Positions 13,746 through 27,237 of a stretch of 64,000 nt of DNA are shown here, piece by piece. Under the pieces are notes generated by a model, which saw only the letters and a list, made by a program, of their open reading frames with translations, was not told where the DNA came from and ran no database searches. The translations under genes and the position numbers were made by a program. The first letter of the stretch is position 1; each line of letters starts with the position of its first letter. Origin of the DNA: Phoronis australis (lineage: Eukaryota; Animalia; Phoronida); NCBI GenBank assembly GCA_002633005.1, contig NMRA01000075.1:609950-673949 (forward strand), given 5' to 3'.

Positions 13746-16339
13746 TCATCTGACCCAAAAGTTACCCAGTCTGATGTGACCAATTGGTTGGTGAGGTTGG
13801 AATGTTCAATCATGGGAAGGAATTCACTGTTTCTGTTATGCTGCAAGGGCATAATATCTCGAGTCTGCGAAAGGCACCCCAAAGTGGTTTCAGGCCACCG
13901 TATGGAGCCAAAATGAGGACACATTCCTGTAGGAGAACGTCAACCGGGCGCACAGTACCGCTCGTTGATAACTCGAAACTATTTTTCCACAATTTTGTAC
14001 ACATGCAAAGCGAAAGTGACATCTTTCGCTAAGGCCGCGCTAAGCATCAGTACTAATCTGGGCTTGCCTTTAAACCAGTTTTGAACTTAGTGCCGGGATA
14101 TTACTGCTGGGGCATAAACTGAAACGTTTGGCAAACTTCTTTCCGATATGGCTGCTGTGTTCAAATTGATGCAACCATTCAAATAAAAATCAATAACGTT
14201 GTACTAGCAATCATCAGGTCGTGGGGTTGTCTCGTCCACGGTCGCCCATGGCGAGACCGTTTCGTCCGCGAATCGGTTCTCCTGGAACTGCCAAACAATG
14301 TCGTCAAAATCAGAAATCACGGTGCAGGGACCTGCACATGTACTACGTTTTGGACTGGTCATGAGGAGTACATGTATGGCGTTATCATGAGCAATTTTAT
14401 GTAGGAATACAACACCAGTCGAACAATATTGTCTTTAAAATGAAGAAATCGATCCTATATGTAATTATAAATAATTCTACCCAATTGCTTAAGAGCCGTG
14501 GCAAGCGCTAAAAGCTTCTCACGTTAGTGTATCGGACCAGCAATGACAGCCCAGTACGACTCGGTGGCCGTGGTGCTGTGAAAAAATAAGGAATATCGGT
14601 GGAAGTTTGTTACAAAATGAGGCATTGTGTCCTTGATTTAATGCATTTCGTACTGTAAGTAATTTTTTATGAAGATATGCGTGTGCTGCCAAAGATTCAG
14701 TTAAAACTGCTTGGTTAACAAAGATGTGGAAAGGGTAAATGAGGCAGTCAAACTAACGACTGTACTAAGTTTAATGAGCAAATTTTACGGACTCGTCACA
14801 AGATTTTTGAAAACTTCCTACTCGTCAGTGAGCTGGTTAAAAATTGGTCAACTTTCAATCAGAATAGACCATTTAACTTAATAATTACCAATAGTTATCG
14901 AGGAGTATAGTCGGATGGGTGACTTGAGACAGATTGGATGTAATTACAAATGGTGTATTAGAAGTGAGAACACAGAAATGAAGTGTTAGGCCATTGACAT
15001 TAACCATTGTGGACAGAGTGAAATCGATATAAAACATTTTACAATTTTCCGATCAACCATCTCCCCTCTAAATCCGACACTGACACATACGTCAAAAACT
15101 CGTCGAATTACTGATTAACCGGTTGACAATTCTACTGTATGTCCCTTCTTGGTCTGTAAAGCTGCCCCTTAATTAAGGTTGATTAGTGCTTCGAGACCAC
15201 GCAAGTGGTGTCTCTGATCTGTCGCATCCGCGGTAGGCAAAATTGACAAACAGAGAGAAAATCGATAGGTATCCGTACACAAGCATTGAAATAGAATCAT
15301 CAACCGAGTCGACGCACGGTCGGCGATGACGCGTAATGCAGTAAACAAAATCCCATTGAATGCAACTACGCAAATGAGGTTGTTCAGGTAACTATGGCAA
15401 CTGTTATAAGAAGGTGTTTTCTTCCTTCGAAGACAAGTGAGTAATAATTACAAACGGAAGATCACCTGGCTCTCGTTTGTTAGAAAAGTATCAATAACAC
15501 CGCAAAGTCCTTTGAAATCATTATTTTACCATAACAAACAATATTCATTACGTACATACATGTACTGTACTGTTGAATCAGGTATAAAGACAAAAGGTGC
15601 GCGCCTTTTGTCGTCATATATGATGAAGGGTCAGCCTTATTAGGTTCGAAAGCAAGAGCCTTTAATAACTTTTGTTTTATTTTTCAATTTTGTGGCGTCT
15701 GTAGTCTCGCACCATTAACCTCCATACTGTTATGCCAAACTGCAGAGCACTAAATATTATCAGGAGGTTGCGTTTAGGAAAATAGTGTTTCAAGAAGGAA
15801 AGAACGCCGACAGTTTATTTAAAATCTGAACACCCAAACACTTGAAGCGGTCATCTCTATTAATAATTTGATTGTTCATTTTCACCTTAGGGATATCAGT
15901 TATTCAGCTTCACTACTTTTTTGAGGAAACCAAAATACAAAGCAGTTTGTTTTACTTGTGCTGTGCGATAATTAGTAGGTTTACATGTATGTAAACAATC
16001 AAACAGGTCCTGTAGATTTTTATTTACTGAGAAAGTGTTTTTTCGTTAACATGCAACGGAAATAGCAGACATTGTCGTCTGCCTACATAATGAAGGATGC
16101 ATTGTTGGAAAAAGTAGTGGCCTTGACGTTAGTTAAAAATAGGAGAACTTCTAGGCGGTATCTGTAGACATGTATGTTTATCAAGGTATGATAAAATGAC
16201 AGTAATCAACACAAATGGATTGCTTTCGATTTTCAAGTTTTTAAACCAGTGAAACTCATTATCAGAATCACAATTTGAAATGTTTAATGTATAGGCCTTG
16301 ACCACATACATGTATTACAATAGACAACACTTCACATTA

Positions 16340-17650
16340 ATAAAACTTCAGCTTCGAGCATTGACCGCCAGGCTTTTTATATCACAAGGACCATGACATA
16401 GAAATCAACAATTCACTCTTGCGGTATCAAAAATCTCTAACTGATTTAATTTTCACAGGAGCATGTTTTGACAAACGGTGTCAAATAGTTTATAAAGATC
16501 CATAAATATGAAAATTGGGTTCAAACCTTGTCAAATCTTCATGGAGGGAATGAGAAAGTTCAGTGGCAGCGAGTTTTGTATGAAGGATGGGTCTAAAAAC
16601 ATACTGAGATTGAAATGTATAATCAAGAATATCATGAAGAACTGACGATACACCTGGTCATAAACAACATTTTCAATGGAATCGTTCTGTGATATACAAG
16701 GGAGTAACTGTCGATATCATTGATCAATAGGGTTCACCTAAGACATTTTTAAATCGTCTGGAAATACACATATGATTACAGTTTGCTTTAACCAAGGAAA
16801 TTGGTTTGAATAAAAAGCCTGACTATTTTTGGATAAATGACCAACTGTCTACAGTTGATTTTTATTCAGGTTTTTTACTATCCTTAATATTGTATGATTT
16901 CAGTATTGTAATTTCGCAATTTCAATGGCTTAAACGTGAGAGGTAATAGAATCCGGAAGATTGTTTTTTCATGTTTTATATCACGTGGTTTTTAGGATTT
17001 TAATATCCTGAAGTTAATCCAGTCGTTGGAATTGTGTTTACATTTGTCAAACAGTTCAGTTTTTGAAATTAATATGTTTCTTTACAAAATCTAATAGAAT
17101 TGTTTTATATATTTATTATTCAGTTCGAGAGGTTTAATTTAAATTGTTTTCTAAGATCGACTCGAAATTGCATAAAGCCAATTCAAATTTGAAGTTATTA
17201 TGGAGCTTTACTGCGATTTTATATTTAAAAATTTAGGGATAGGAGCATACTTTTGCTTTTAAAAGTATACCAGGTTCAAAATATTTGTTTCTGGAGAATA
17301 TTTTGCGTTACATTTGTCGATAAGTCATCAACGTGTCTTTCACATTTAGACAAGGGTCTACAGATATTTTACATGGGAAGGTATTTACCATTGTCCAACT
17401 TTATTTTGGTTACGCAGCCTTCATAGGTCTTTTTATTACTAATTGTTTGAATATAATTTCTGTAAGCGTATTACCTGGCGTCAATTAAGTCACCGGGTTC
17501 TCTATTTTCTATCATATTATAACCATCTAAGCTGTAGAGACAATGTTTGCCACCATCAACCAGCCATGCTTTTGTAAGCATGTGCAGTCTAATAGTACAG
17601 CATTGTCTTTTCTTAATTTTGTAAAATTGTATAGCTTGTAGCTGGCCAAA
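16340..17650 (-). mobile_element. Degenerate CR1/L2-group LINE ORF2 (APE endonuclease plus RT fragment)
   Basis: Minus-strand remnants: LTKAWL...YSLDGY (APE, TETWL motif), LLPCISQ..IENVVYDQ (YRPIS region), SQYVFRPILHTKLAATEL, IFMDLYKLFDTV...LL*KL (DLSKAFD motif). Many stops and frameshifts. Confidence 0.8.
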
Positions 17651-19726
17651 TTCTAAAACAAAAAACATACCTGACAGCAAAGCAATTCCGCCAAGTAATT
17701 AAAATTAGATATTTGCTTTGAGTAACAAAAAGTCTTTCTTGTGACTGATATGAAATGTTTCTATGGAGGGACGCTCGAATTTAAGTTGTGACGTAATGTG
17801 CCTACAATATAAGCAATAGGTACATAATTACTGATTCACAGATTGTCATGTGGCGCCCCTATGATTTGATGTGGGCATAAATATATATATATGGGAACTT
17901 TAATTGGCACCAACGCGCGGAAACTGTGCGTCAGACACCGGTAAAAATAAATTTGCGTTGGCGAATATTCTCTATTCGAACATGTAAGACGATCGGATAT
18001 TTTCTCGTCTAAACTGCGTTACACTCGTGACGAATAATAAGCCCATATGGTCAACGACGAAAACAGTAAATGATTCGCAGTCGTAGGAAAAACACGCTGT
18101 GGACCTTCTCTTGATTTTCTAAGCCAGAGTAGGCATCCCTTAAACAGTACCATGCATAGTTCCGACACAAGCAGTTTGACTACTTGTCGTATCTGCCAAT
18201 AACAGGCGAACATTGTTTTTGAAATTTCGCCGCGTGTTGAACAACGCATTTACATGTACATCACAGTATATTTTAAGAGGAACGAATAGTTCCACTGTCA
18301 AGTCCGTGCTGCTTCGTCCTGTATAAAATATAATACCTTACCATATCAAAAGCTATTACTTAATCAGAGGATTGGCAATAGACGAGCAAGTTACACAATA
18401 TTCAATTGATGCATATTTACCAAAGACGTACCAACTGGGAATAATTGTTTGAGAATGTTCTCCGGACCTTCACTTGGATAACAAAAAACTGTGAAAGTAA
18501 GATCACGCGATAATTCACGAGATATCGCCATGCGAAGGTTATGATTATACTAGCTTCCTTCGCAAATGCCTTGCGTTTACGGATCTCTGCCCTGATCTAC
18601 AGTGTTGTCATGAAATCTGTAAAATTCATGATACATATATAATTCTTAGCACGTTAGTTTGATAGTGTTATTACTTATTGATATTATTTCTTTGCCAGCC
18701 AATTGTTTGTGTTTATAGAAACTTGTTTTGGCTGTTAGCTGAGTCAGCGACCAACCCATCCGGTGCATCCACACATGTTTTGATGATCTCTGTAGTAAAC
18801 AAGATTGCGTAATGGTCATTCACAGAATCATAGCCAAAAGACAGCTGACCATTACCATATATGGCAAACACAACGAATAGTTCAGATGATTGTTGTGAAC
18901 GTTCTTATCGTTGCTTCCTGTTTTTTTCTTGTAGAATATTGAATCATAAAGTTTAGTGCATGCAACCCACATATTTGTAACTTGTATATAAATCCGTTCA
19001 CTTGTCTAATAAAGACGACCTCATCTTGCTACTACTAGTTGCTTTACTAGTGTAATTGAGTGTTCCACACTTACATGTAGTTACTGCATACAACCATCTC
19101 ACTCACGGACCAAGACAGCCCACAACACATTAATACAAAGTCGAGTTATTCTACGTATTTTACTACAAGAGTAAATGATTCAGGTAGACTCGCAGTTTGG
19201 GAGCTTCGGGACAAAATTCTGTTGTAAATACAAAAACGCTCTGATCTGGTTGGCTTGAAGACATTCTAGCCCAATGAGAAATTCATTGTTTAATCTAACT
19301 TCTGCAAGAATGTTCCACGAAATTCTATTTTCGCTCTGGGACCAGGCGGGCAAGAAGGTATGATTTTGTAAAGAAAACAATAATTTTGACATTCCATTAT
19401 TCCGGTGGAATAGAGAAGAAAAGACGCACGACTTTGTTTTGAATTATCTGTGAGACATGCCATCAAGTGTGCCGCTAGTTATGCATTTGAGTGGTTGTAA
19501 AATTTGTCGTTTGCGGTGACGCAGTTATTTCATCAACACAGTCATCACGCGTACTCATCCGAACCATTCTGTTCGATTTTTGATTGTGTCGTCTATTGAC
19601 GCGCTACTTGCGTGAGTTCTATTTTTAGCGAAACGGATTATAGTTTCATCGCTTTTGTAAATTCATTCACTGAACTACCAAATACTGGAAAATTTTAGTT
19701 TGGCAATTGAGCACCTTAAAGACCAG

Positions 19727-20024
19727 GCGTGCGTTCAGTAATGTTAAGACTTACGCTAGGACCTAGCTACAATCTAGCCAAAGTCACGTGTTTCATTTGA
19801 AATACACGACAACACCATGGCCGGCGCACCACTGAAAAAAGTGGGGGCTGAAGCCCCTCAGCCCCCCTGTAGTGCACCACCTATAGACCATGTGCGACAC
19901 AGCACTGAATAAAGTGGGGGCTATAGCCCCTCCTCAGCCCCCTTTGGTGCGCCGCCCACGAAATCTCAGGTAATCTCGCGAAGTCTTGCTTTTTAGTGAG
20001 GTCCTAGAGTTATTGAACGGGAGG
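19727..20024. mobile_element. Harbinger-like MITE (GCGTGCGTTCAGTA...TACTGAACGGGAGG family) interrupted by a nested MITE
   Basis: Homologous to 22111-22260 and 29299-29448. Carries the insertion 19816-19960. Confidence 0.85.
19816..19960 (+). mobile_element. CATGGGCGGCGC-terminal MITE, dimeric form, nested copy
   Basis: Two CACTGAA(A/T)AAAGTGGGGGCT.AGCCCC units. Homologous to copies at 27091, 34502 and 56965. Confidence 0.85.
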
Positions 20025-22110
20025 CGGAGCTCAATCTCCTTGTTACGTACGTGACTACCCCGTCACGCTTACACCTTCTGTGCGTTTATTGTTACTCAAT
20101 ACGCTTGCACTCAAAGCCAAAGTAATGCGCTTAATACATGTACATGTCCACGTATGCGCAGCTATGTACATGCGCTGAAAGTCGGCGTAAGCTTTGTTTT
20201 GTTTTCATCCATGCGCAGTGGTCTGTAGGATGGTTCATGCATCGTGTTCGTGGGTCATTCGCATTGAGTGCGGTAATATACTATGTTCTAAAAATCGATA
20301 CGTGACGTCATTACGTATAACCTTTCCGGAAAATCGTTAGCAACCAAGACATTGAATATTGTTGATTGACACAAAAGCGCCCACTCGTAAAGACAATCTT
20401 CTATAGAACTGCGAAGCATAGTATTGTTTTGAAAGTCTGAATCACTCAACCAGAGCGTCATTTGTTGCATCATTCAATCTCAGAATAATTTTAAAACAAA
20501 TTAAACGTAACTACTTCGTGTGGTCAAATTCGGCTGACCAATACTGCCTAGATACGCATTACAGGTAAACGCCTACATACAGCATTAGAATAAGGCACGT
20601 GCGGTCACTTGCCGTGGAATGCCGACATCGCGGGATGAACCAAAAAATATCACTTGAAAAAATGTAAGTTGGGCATTTTACACATACTACAAAGAAAAGT
20701 TGTAAAGCTATCCACATTAATGCGAATTGTTTTACAGTCCTAATGAAGAGCATAGCGCCAGAATTCCGCAACTACATGTACTTACAACCAGTTGCACTCG
20801 TTGTCCACAACCTGAAAAAAGTATTTTGGACAAACGGCCGTTTGGACCACAAGCTTACGACAGGACTGTGTTGCGTCGTCGGAAGAAACTTGCGATGTTT
20901 TTTTTTTAATTTGTTTTAATAATTTGTTTAAACAATTGTTATTTCGTTTTATAACAAACTGTCTGATTGGTCTTCAAGATCCCGCAGTATACACATCGGA
21001 TATTTTGTTCGCTTCTAGTTACTTTGACAGTGACATGAAGCTGTCGGTGTTGATTGTAGTTCACACGTGCGCAGACAAAGAAAAAACCCAAGGGATAATT
21101 TGTCTCGAATCTCCACCCTTTTAGCATTATCTAATTTTAATAGAACCTGGATTCCAGTCAAAGGGATAATTTATGGCATCCGGAGCACCTCAGATATTTT
21201 CCTAGCGTCAAATTTCCCATCATGTGGCACTGAAAAGTTATGCCACTTGGGTTTGGGGGCGGTTTTGAGGTATGCGTTGCATGTAGGCTCAGCGAAAACT
21301 GGTTTATTTGTATTTGTGAACGTAATGAGATTGCCAAGATCACTTGTTCCGGCGTAGATGTGCTTTTCTTCAAAATGGTCCCCCCTAATGCATTTGTGAA
21401 TTGCTCCGTAGCAACAGAGGAATCGGCTTGCGATTTCAGGTAGCCCTCAAACAAGTCAGAATTGCAAAACATCTAGTCAATTGCTTAATTGAAAGCATTT
21501 TTGTACAACATATTTTGGATTTTTTTTCTGAAAATTTGCTTCCATGATGTAGTGTTGATTTATGTCGCGTATTTACAAGGAAGTGGCGGTTTTGGGGTGA
21601 ACAGTGTCAGTTTTGTGCTATTTCTCTTTTTTCTTAACCGGCTAACTTGCTCTTCAGTATAGTAAAAATGACAAAAACCACATAGCAGGATAAAGTTTTT
21701 GTGCTTTTGACTTAAAATGACTTAAAACTGTTCATTTTTGCATACTCTTTCTGAAAAAATGGAGAAAAGGTAGCAAGGCCATTGCTAGGCATAACCCAGT
21801 GAGAAGTGTTCTGAGTCCCCTCAGCAGTGAACGTTATTTGCGCATGTGTGGATTTCAGGCATAAAGTCATGTGACTTCCACAGTTGTCTTAATAAGAATG
21901 AATGTGAGGCCAAGAAAATACCCGAAACGCCCCTTAGCTGGTGCCAGAGGTGTCCCAACTAATACACAATGAGTCGCTTGGACTTCAAGGTAGAATAGCC
22001 GATTTCGGTCCGATTTTCTCTTTACTCAGGATGTCATTGGCCGATAATCATACGAGACAAATTGAAACGGTGATCGATCATGCATAACATACCCGCAATG
22101 ATGTAATCAG

Positions 22111-22260
22111 GCGTGCGTTCAGTAGACGCTAGAACCTACGCTAGGACCTAGCTAAAAGCTAGTCAAAGTCACGTGCTCTTATTTAAAATGTACGGCAATA
22201 TCTCACGTAAACTCGCGAAGTCTTGGTTTTAGCGAGGTCCAAGCGTTACTGAACGGGAGG
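22111..22260. mobile_element. Harbinger-like 150-bp MITE
   Basis: Imperfect TIRs CGTTCAGTA/TACTGAACG, CAG/CAG TSD, three copies in the window. Confidence 0.85.
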
Positions 22261-22380
22261 CAGGAATGCGTCTATTCAGCAACGCCACAATTATTCTGAG
22301 ATGACGTCAACTCCGCGCGCGGTCGTGTTCGGAGGAGTACTCAGGGATTATTACGCTTTTTATAAAACGACTTCGTATAT

Positions 22381-22555
22381 AACATACATAAATACATGCA
22401 TGAATACATACATTTATACATTCATACATTCATTAAATACATACATACATACATACATACATACATACATACATACATACATACATACATACATACATAC
22501 ATAGGTGCATACATGCATACAAAAGTACATACATACATACATACAGACAGACATA
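22381..22555. repeat. (TACA)n microsatellite
   Basis: Directly visible. Explains the YIHT and MYVC ORFs. Confidence 0.95.
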
Positions 22556-22774
22556 TATTTCGACTGAAGTTATATGGAGAAAACCATCTGAAACAGCCAG
22601 GGTATTTTTGTAGCCTCGGTTTTGAAGTTACAGAAACACCCGTTGCTTTCCGCACGGTAGACAACTCCATCACATCGTGCATTGCCAGAAAGGTCATTTT
22701 TAAAGCAAAATATTCTCATTCGAAAATTTTCGAGATATTATCTCGTAACTACTCGACTGTTTCTTAATAAGAAA

Positions 22775-23627
22775 TAGGCAATGACCATCGCCTCTGTTGG
22801 CCCGACCAGAGGCGATGTAGCTCCTATAGACGCTCCATATACGCTGGATTAATTTCTTCCAACTCGAACAAATACTCCCGTTATCAAACTTTTTCTTTGG
22901 GCAATCCTTATTTCAGTTCCCAAAATCGTGAACTCACCATTTTTATTCTGCGCACGCTCCAATTTTTACCGCGCTCGCTAAGTGATGTGACTTCATGACC
23001 TCAATCTTTAAATAGGGCAAAGGTGAGCCATTGCGGTCTTGTCGGTCAAATGTTCGTTTTCAAAATGCCACCACTGCTTGTCTTTAATTGGCGTTACTTG
23101 AAACTGATTGTCTTTCAATGAATTTTTTTGTTTGTATTTGATAAAAATAAATGCTGTTGATGTGACATTTAATAGTCTTTGTGCACATATTTGACATTTT
23201 AATGTTTAACAACACGGCAAATGCACGACTGGTTCCCGGCAACACGTACGCAGAGGCCGGGAACTTCATCTTTCAAAGTTCGCCGGTAGGACCACAACTT
23301 CTGACCTTTGGCCTGGTTAAAAGAATGAGGTCAAATCTCTTGGCGTGCGCCGAGTGAAAATGGTGAGTTCACGATTTTGGGAACTGAAATAGGGACTGCT
23401 CGAAGAAAAAATTTAATTCCGGGAGTATTTGTTCGAGTTGGAAGGAATTAAACGCATCGACAACTTCCTAAGGTGTTCCTCTATGCACAAAAGGTATTTA
23501 TAACAACGTGAATTTTATGTTTTAGTCGGTGCGAGGCATAATTCGCCGAAAAGCTTCCGGGGTATGGAGTGCCTATAGGAGCTGCATCGCCTCTGGTCGG
23601 GCCAAACGAGGCGATGGTCATTGCCTA
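22775..23627. mobile_element. Non-autonomous DNA transposon with TIRs of about 65 bp, containing a second inverted-repeat element (22849-23451)
   Basis: TAGGCAATGACCATCGCCTCTGTTGGCCCGACCAGAGGCGATG... pairs with ...CATCGCCTCTGGTCGGGCCAAACGAGGCGATGGTCATTGCCTA. An inner TTAA-bounded pair of inverted arms is about 95 bp long. Confidence 0.85.
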
Positions 23628-23995
23628 AGTAAGAAGATGCTACCACGTTACAACGACTTGCATGTAGCTATATCGTTATAATGAAATACTATCTCGGAAT
23701 AAAGGCTTAACTATCTCGTTGTAACGACTTGATTAAGTCGTTGTAACATAGTGTCAACGTACCGACGTTAAGAGAAACCGCACTCGTAGGTCATACGTTG
23801 CGATTTCAAGGAGATATGGCTTATGAATCCATTACTTTACTAACACGTTATAATGTTTAAAGTGTAAGTCATGTTGATTTAATATGGATTTAGGACAAAA
23901 ATGTGAAAGCGTATTTAACGTGAACTTGAGGTGTGGGCCCCTTTTTATAAAAAAATGCCCGGGCTCTTCAATTTGAAATCTCGTGCAAGTGACCG

Positions 23996-25607
23996 ACAAG
24001 ACCGTTGGTGAAAAAGCAATGATAACAAATCACACAATCTATGCTCATTACAGTAGTCTTCGTGAAGTGATTATCAGAAAACGTAGGACAAGGTCAGCTC
24101 AAAATACGTCGAAACCATCCGGAAACTGATATATTCATCAAAGCTAATTACCAAATTTCATTAAAATCTGTCAAGGAACTTCGGAGAAACTGAAGAAAAC
24201 AGAATTAATGAAATTGCCACTAGGAGGCTGGGCGCAAAAAAAAAACATAACTGCCACTATGTGGCACGACAGTAGATGAAGTCGGCAGAAAGTCCTGGTC
24301 AATCGTCCTCTTCACACTTAGACCATATATGTCACAATCATCCTTGGAGTGGTTTGGTTGATAGAGGGGCGGATGCCAAAACAGACCAGAAGACATTAAC
24401 AATGGCCATTAGAGGGCTCAAAATATGTCGAATCCATTCGAAAACAGGAACATATCATCGTTTCAATAGGAAGCTATTTACTAACTTTCAAAAAATCCGT
24501 CAAGAAGCTTCAAAGAAATAGAGGAAAATGAAATTGCCACTAGGGTGCACAGTGTTTGTGGAATCCGTCTGAAAGTCGTTGTCGTTCGCTGTCAACGCCA
24601 TATAAATACATCCGCTAAATTTAATAAAGATCCTGTAGAGTGTTTAGCAGATACAGCCATGGACGTAAAAAAGTAAAACTGCAACAAGGAGGCACCAAAG
24701 TAGTCGAGGTCATCAGAAAATCATCGTCAGCCCTCCTCTTCACATTAGGTACGTACATGCAAATTTCCACAGTCACCCTAAGATTGGTTTGGGTGACGCT
24801 ACAAGAACATTTTCGGAAACAGTAAAGATGGCCTCCAGGAGGCTCCGAATACCTCGAATCAATCCGAAAACCGGAGGATAGCGTCACCTCATTAGTATAT
24901 GCTTTTCTGACAATTATTTTGAAAATCCATATAGAGCCATTGAAGATACAAAGGTTAACGTAAAAAAATAAAACTGCCACTAGGGGGCACATCGATAGTC
25001 CGATCCGTCTGAAAGTCGTCGCCGTCTGTTGTCAACTTCATATCAATTCAATTGCTAAATTTAATAAAGATCCTGTAGAGCGTTTAGGAGATATAACCAT
25101 GGACGCAAAAACAAAACTGCCACCAGGAGGTGCCACAGTAGTCGATGTGGTCGGAAAATCATCGTCAGCTCCCCTCTTCACAGAAAGAACATATATCCCA
25201 AATTTCATAATCATTCCTACAGCGATTTCGTTGATACAGGGGTGGACGTCTAAAAACATACTCGAAAACAGTACAAATGGCCACTGGGTGACGCAAACTA
25301 CCCAGAATCCATCCAAAAACGGGAGAATGGCGCAACCTCCCAAATAGATGCCTAACTGCCAAAACTATGAAAATCCGTTGAACACCTTCGAAGAGTAGAG
25401 ACGCAAAACTAAAAATCTAAAATTGTCACTAGGGGCACACTGGTAGTCGGAGAGGTCCGAAATTCGTCATCATCCGTCGTCAGCCTCATAGGAACACATC
25501 TGCCGAATATCATGAAGATCCTGTGAGGGGTTTAGGAGATACAGCTGCGGACGCCGGACACCCAGACAGACATGACTGAAACATGCACCCTCAGGGTGCA
25601 TAAAAAA
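23996..25607 (+). mobile_element. Helentron/DINE-1 (pearl)-like non-autonomous element with internal repeats of about 440 bp
   Basis: Starts ACAAGA. Internal repeats AAA(T/C)TG(C/T)CACTAGG at 24211, 24531, 24971 and about 25420, and TTTAATAAAGATCCTGTAGAG at 24620 and 25060. Ends with a GGAC/AGAC microsatellite, the hairpin ATGCACCC-TCA-GGGTGCAT (25583-25601) and an A-run. The family assignment is inference. Confidence 0.65.
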
Positions 25608-27090
25608 TGAAAACATCGGGGACATTAGTCCTTCAACAAACGTCGACATTTGTCAGCTTTGTCACAAACGCTGCGCCATTTTGCTCCAACGTTCTGAGCA
25701 TAACTTTATGTAATTGAAAAACACGGTACAGATTTCGACAAATTCTCCCACAAAATACGATGTTTCAGCGCAGTTTTGCATGAAGAACCTCCATTGACTT
25801 TTTGTGTTTTAATCATTCCGGTAGCGCATAAAGCAATGTGTCTGAGGCGGATAAACGCTTCCTACGGTGTTATAGGTAAGTAGTAATAACAAGATTGTGG
25901 GTTTTCATAACGAGATAATTGAAGATTTTCTATTTTTTCGTTAGCCCTAAGACTTCGCTATAGGTTCAGTTCTCCAATGAATGTCAAGAAATTTGAATAA
26001 AGCCGCGCACCGTACCACTGACTGCTGGCAACTCATCGGAGACTCAACTTTAACATCCTTCGCCGCAGAGATAACAACTCTTGGGATGTCTCCAGTGAGT
26101 CCATTCTTTGTTGAATGATGTTTAGGTAAAAAAAACGTTTCAGTTCAGAAACATAATGTCACTCCTGGCGTGGCTTCGCACATCGGTTGCTAACGACTGA
26201 CGTCATTATCACCAAGTCCGCCTTCTCTTCTTTTAGCGCTGCTTTATTGGGCAATGTCCGAGCTAAGAATACTTATGGAACTGTTATTTGTGGATCACGA
26301 CCCAGGGGGTATAACGTAAGCCATTAATAACGTTCATTTACACGTTAAAAATACCATTGCCAATGGTGGCCGAAGGTTTAATTTTGTAACACCATGTTTT
26401 TTCAGTTTAACAATGGGAAGTCATTTCTTAGTGCCTGCTGCCAGGCTCCTCGAGAAATTGTATAACCTATCTTATCCCCCAACTCAACTACTCAAGTGAA
26501 AATTATGCCAAAAGACCATATGACTGGTGTCCGTATTTGCTTTTGTATCAGGGCATGCTTAGTTCCCATGTGTATTGGCCGAGATGTTTCGAAAACTCTA
26601 ACGCGAGGAGGTGTATATATTTACGTGTTTATGGATGTTGAACAATGTAAACTAAGTACGCTGTACGCGGCTGAAAGCCACAAATTCCAATCTGTGTGTT
26701 TGGGAGGCGAAACTGATGTTCAAAATGACAGGGCTGTGATACGGATGTATACTGTATACAGTTATCAAAAGTGCTCATGACCTACGATTTAAACAGGAAA
26801 TGGTTAAAAAATGACACTTTTATGACCCACGCATTTAATTATTTTTGCTTTGTTTTATTATGTTGGCGGAAGGATATTAAAAAACCACGGGAAACCTACA
26901 TAGATTCACACGTTGGCCCATTAACTAGCTGAATAAACGTTTTACTCAGGTTGACTATTTGAAGACGATGTGACGAATTAATTGTATTCCTGTTGGAGAA
27001 AGGGCAGTAATGATTTGCATGTACATAGAATATGGGTTTTGATGAAATTGTTTTACATTTCGAATCAAAATTGAAGGGGAAAGAGGACAT

Positions 27091-27237
27091 CATGGGCGGC
27101 GCACCATAGGGGGCTGAGGGGCTATAGTCCCACTTTTTTCAGTGCTGCGTTGCCCATGGTCTATAGGCGGCGCACCGCAGGGGGTTGGGGGGTTTTAGCC
27201 CCCCACTTTTTTCAGCCTGAGTGCTGCGCCGCCCATG
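27091..27237 (-). mobile_element. CATGGGCGGCGC-terminal MITE, dimeric form
   Basis: TIR CATGGGCGGCGCA/TGCGCCGCCCATG. Flanks GACAT/AACAT. Confidence 0.85.

Noticed and set aside
15635-15644. Window-wide CArG enrichment
   Set aside because: Only about 3 perfect boxes were seen, which is within chance expectation.
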